Assembly: GCA_964035545.1 (NCBI GenBank)
Contig: OZ037770.1
Coordinates: 6,210,729-6,274,728, forward strand
Length of the DNA: 64,000 nt
Source of the DNA: Bugula neritina
Lineage: Eukaryota > Animalia > Bryozoa
Direction of reading: 5' to 3'
Of the stretch, positions 61,116 through 64,000 are shown piece after piece (the first letter of the stretch is position 1; the number at the start of each line of letters is the position of its first letter). The position numbers were made by a program, and so were the translations under genes. Under the pieces are notes generated by a model. The model searched no databases and had not been told where the DNA came from. It worked only from the letters and a program-made list of their open reading frames with translations.

Positions 61116-63867
61116 ATGGCGACCGAGCAAGATGACCGCGACATTCCAGGTCTGTCATTATGATTATTTTCAGTCTGAAACTTTCATGTGTGAACCTTTG
61201 CATTAAAAACTGTTTAGGCATTATTTTATGACATTAGCTTTATTAGCTGGTTTAAAACAATTTTCGTTTCATATTGATGACCGTTATATTTAATCATAAT
61301 GATAATCAGTATCAACTATCACATTGACATTCACATTGATGATTGATGATTCAACTTCAGATTAATGATTGATTATCATATTGATATTGATATTGTTACA
61401 GTTATGATGAAGTAATTATGGTTTACTTTTAAAAATATGTTGGTAATAAATTTAGTTCATCATAATGATTTTTATTATCATGATGATTATCATTATCATT
61501 TTGATTATTTTAATGATACTGTTAGTGTTACTGTTAGTGTTACTTCTAGTTTGAGCTTTACTATCACTATTACTATTAGTATTAGTATCACTATTAGTTT
61601 TACTATTAAGTATTAGTATTACTTTTACTTTTTATTTGTCTCTACTCTCTAATCATGTAAACAGTGATGACATTCTCAGTTTGAAATTTGTCTTTGACTT
61701 CAAGTTTGACTTGTATTCTGAGTTTTTTTCGTTTCGTCTTAATAATGAATATAACAATATAACTAACAGTAACTCATTTCGTTTAATGGTTAGTCATGAT
61801 GATTATGATAATAATAAGTGGTTGAAATTTAGCTTGCATTTGAGGTATCGGTATCACTATGGCTATGTGAGTTACTGTGTCTGTAAGTCGATGTGCGGTG
61901 TAGCTCCAACTCTATTTGTATTACTGTAGGTGTAGGTATTAGTATAACTATAGTTATAGTCATTTTGATTATTTTTTATTTTCAATGTAAATTTTGTGAA
62001 AAATTAAGTAAAAACCTAATTTTGAGATGTTTTTACGAATACCAAAAACACTTGATGACTTTATATCCTTGTCAAATTTGAAAAATGCATGTTCTTAAGC
62101 ATGGTGAATGAGAAGCACTAATGACAGTGATTGGTCTAATTAGCGTTAGTGTTAATTACGTAATAAACATAATTAGCATTGTGTGATAATCACTATCACT
62201 ATGATTATCATGTTCACGTAGAAATGCATTGCTATTGGATAGTTTGTAATGCTATTATAATTATATTGCTGAGTTAAACATATACTTTAGTTTAGTTTTT
62301 ATGATTAGCAAACCTTCATTGTGATTATACATAATATTTGACAGTATTCTGGTTTTGGTTCATTTGTTTTTTCTAGTTCATTTGTTGCTAGAATCAATGA
62401 TATTTTAACTAAGTTCTAGTTGAATTTTTAGATCTGGTATATTCATGTTTTTACTATCTCTAAGTTAATGCGGGAAAGAAATAAGATGTACTGAATCTTT
62501 ATCAAAATCTTTTGCACTCATCGTTCTTATAAACTTTTTTCAGTCTATTCTTTTTTGAAATTTGATGTTTTTCGTTCAACATAATACATTTTATGTGAGC
62601 CGAAAAATATCGGATTTTTTGACTGTGCTTTGAACAGTTGCTGGAAAGAAACATGAAACCTAGTAGCTTGCGAGTTTGCAAGTTTTGAAATCTTATGAAA
62701 TATGATTAAATAATATTTAGTATATAAATTGTTTGCTTGAATCTCCGATTCTACTAAAGCTTTTCCTGATTTTATTATTCATCTGCCAGTTTGTATTTTA
62801 AGTTTTACTTTAAAGTCAAGAGTTGTCTATTTTGTATCTTCTTGTGTCGTGTTTGTATTGCACTTGTTACTGTATTGTAGGTAGTTGGGAATTAACTGTT
62901 CAATACCTGTAGTATTATAGTAACTAAGTACAGTGTTATATTCAAACAATATGTTGATTTATTGATTATCTATACACCCACAATAATACTAACTCAAATA
63001 CTAGTAACTAGTAATCATGTCTTTTATCTATGACTATTATCATTTACTGCTACAAATTTCACAAATTATATAGTTTTTATTTTGGAATTGGCTAAAAGAT
63101 TGAATGAAAAAATTGAGTTTGTAAAAGTATGTTAAATATAGTATATTTCTATTATAAGTAATTTTATATATGTAATAAAATTTTAGCTTAGTTTGATACT
63201 TTAATTCTTTGAAAAAAGAATTTAATACCAGTTAGTAATTAGCTGGGAAATATTTTAAAGTTATAAAACAAATTGAAATTAAATTTTGTTTTTATCATAT
63301 TTATGTTGATTTTGTCCGTGATTTAATGTGCTGTCATCTGGTGGTTGTACTTATTTATCAAGTTCTTCCGCTGCTAAAATTAGTGTATCCATATAATTAT
63401 TATGTACTAGTACTCTAAGTATAAACAACAGTCATAAAGTGGTTCAAGTTTTTTTTATTTCATATTAAGCAGATTAATATTCATCAGTTTGCGCATTGTT
63501 GGTAAAAAAATCTGTCTTTAATTTGATAACTTAAACACATGTCATTCATTCAGTGCGATGCAATAAGCTAGAAATTAGTTGCAGTTTTTATGAAGGCTAT
63601 GTGTCATTATATTATTTTGATTGATGTGTCTAATTCAGTGCAATTTCATCAAAGTAAGTTAGTTTATGTATAAAGTTATCTCCACCTAACAAAAGATGAA
63701 TAGGGTGAGTTTCCTAACGCAACTTTACACTATAATTTCAGAATCTGGTGGAGTGTTCACATTTGGTAAAAGCAAGTTTGCTGAAAACTTACCTAATAAA
63801 TTCTGGATCTGGAATGATGAAGTTACACAGGTGGCCTGTGGGGACCAACATACTGTACTCTATGCTG
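61116..63867 (+). CDS. RPGR: Retinitis pigmentosa GTPase regulator ortholog (RCC1-like), first two coding exons; continues past the window
   Basis: Exons 61116-61149 and 63742-63867 splice to MATEQDDRDIPESGGVFTFGKSKFAENLPNKFWIWNDEVTQVACGDQHTVLYA, matching the RPGR N-terminus (SGAVFTFGKSKFAEN.P.KFW...CGD.H). Confidence 0.9.
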
Positions 63868-64000
63868 GTAAGTATGTATACTGTATATATAACTCCATCT
63901 GTATACAACACTCCCAAGGTTTTCTCTCTCGTCAACACACAGCAGTCATGTAATCATGTATTTGTTCACTTTTCCTATTATAAGCAATCATCTCGAATAA

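Noticed and set aside
60270-62000. TAG/TAT/GAT-rich tracts as a coding or structured element (also 34480-35330)
   Set aside because: Low-complexity intronic sequence with no consistent period or credible ORF.

Overview
Eukaryotic (invertebrate animal-like, AT-rich, intron-containing) genomic window. 1-21 kb is a nest of transposons: Gypsy LTR element A (<1-20988) carries Gypsy element B (392-13773) in its left LTR, and B's left LTR in turn holds an internally deleted BEL/Pao element (419-5632) and a piggyBac-like fragment (5661-6344). 21-24 kb holds the 3' exons of a Shank-like SAM-domain gene with apparent lesions. A long (CA)n tract is followed by a third Gypsy, element C (26629-34008). All three Gypsy elements share a tRNA-Leu PBS and a G_UUA_AAC + hairpin -1 frameshift signal; B and C also carry an extra C2H2 zinc-finger/coiled-coil ORF after pol. 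The main find (37635-50999, + strand) is a 13-exon gene that I can splice by hand into one open frame of about 1260 aa: LRR - Roc GTPase - COR-like - caspase. Its LRR region is built from duplicated, symmetric-phase 138-nt exon cassettes that vary mainly at predicted ligand-facing residues, which suggests a single-chain innate immune sensor-protease. The window ends with CARF (minus strand) head-to-head with the first exons of RPGR. All gene models and identity figures were derived by eye, with no database searches.
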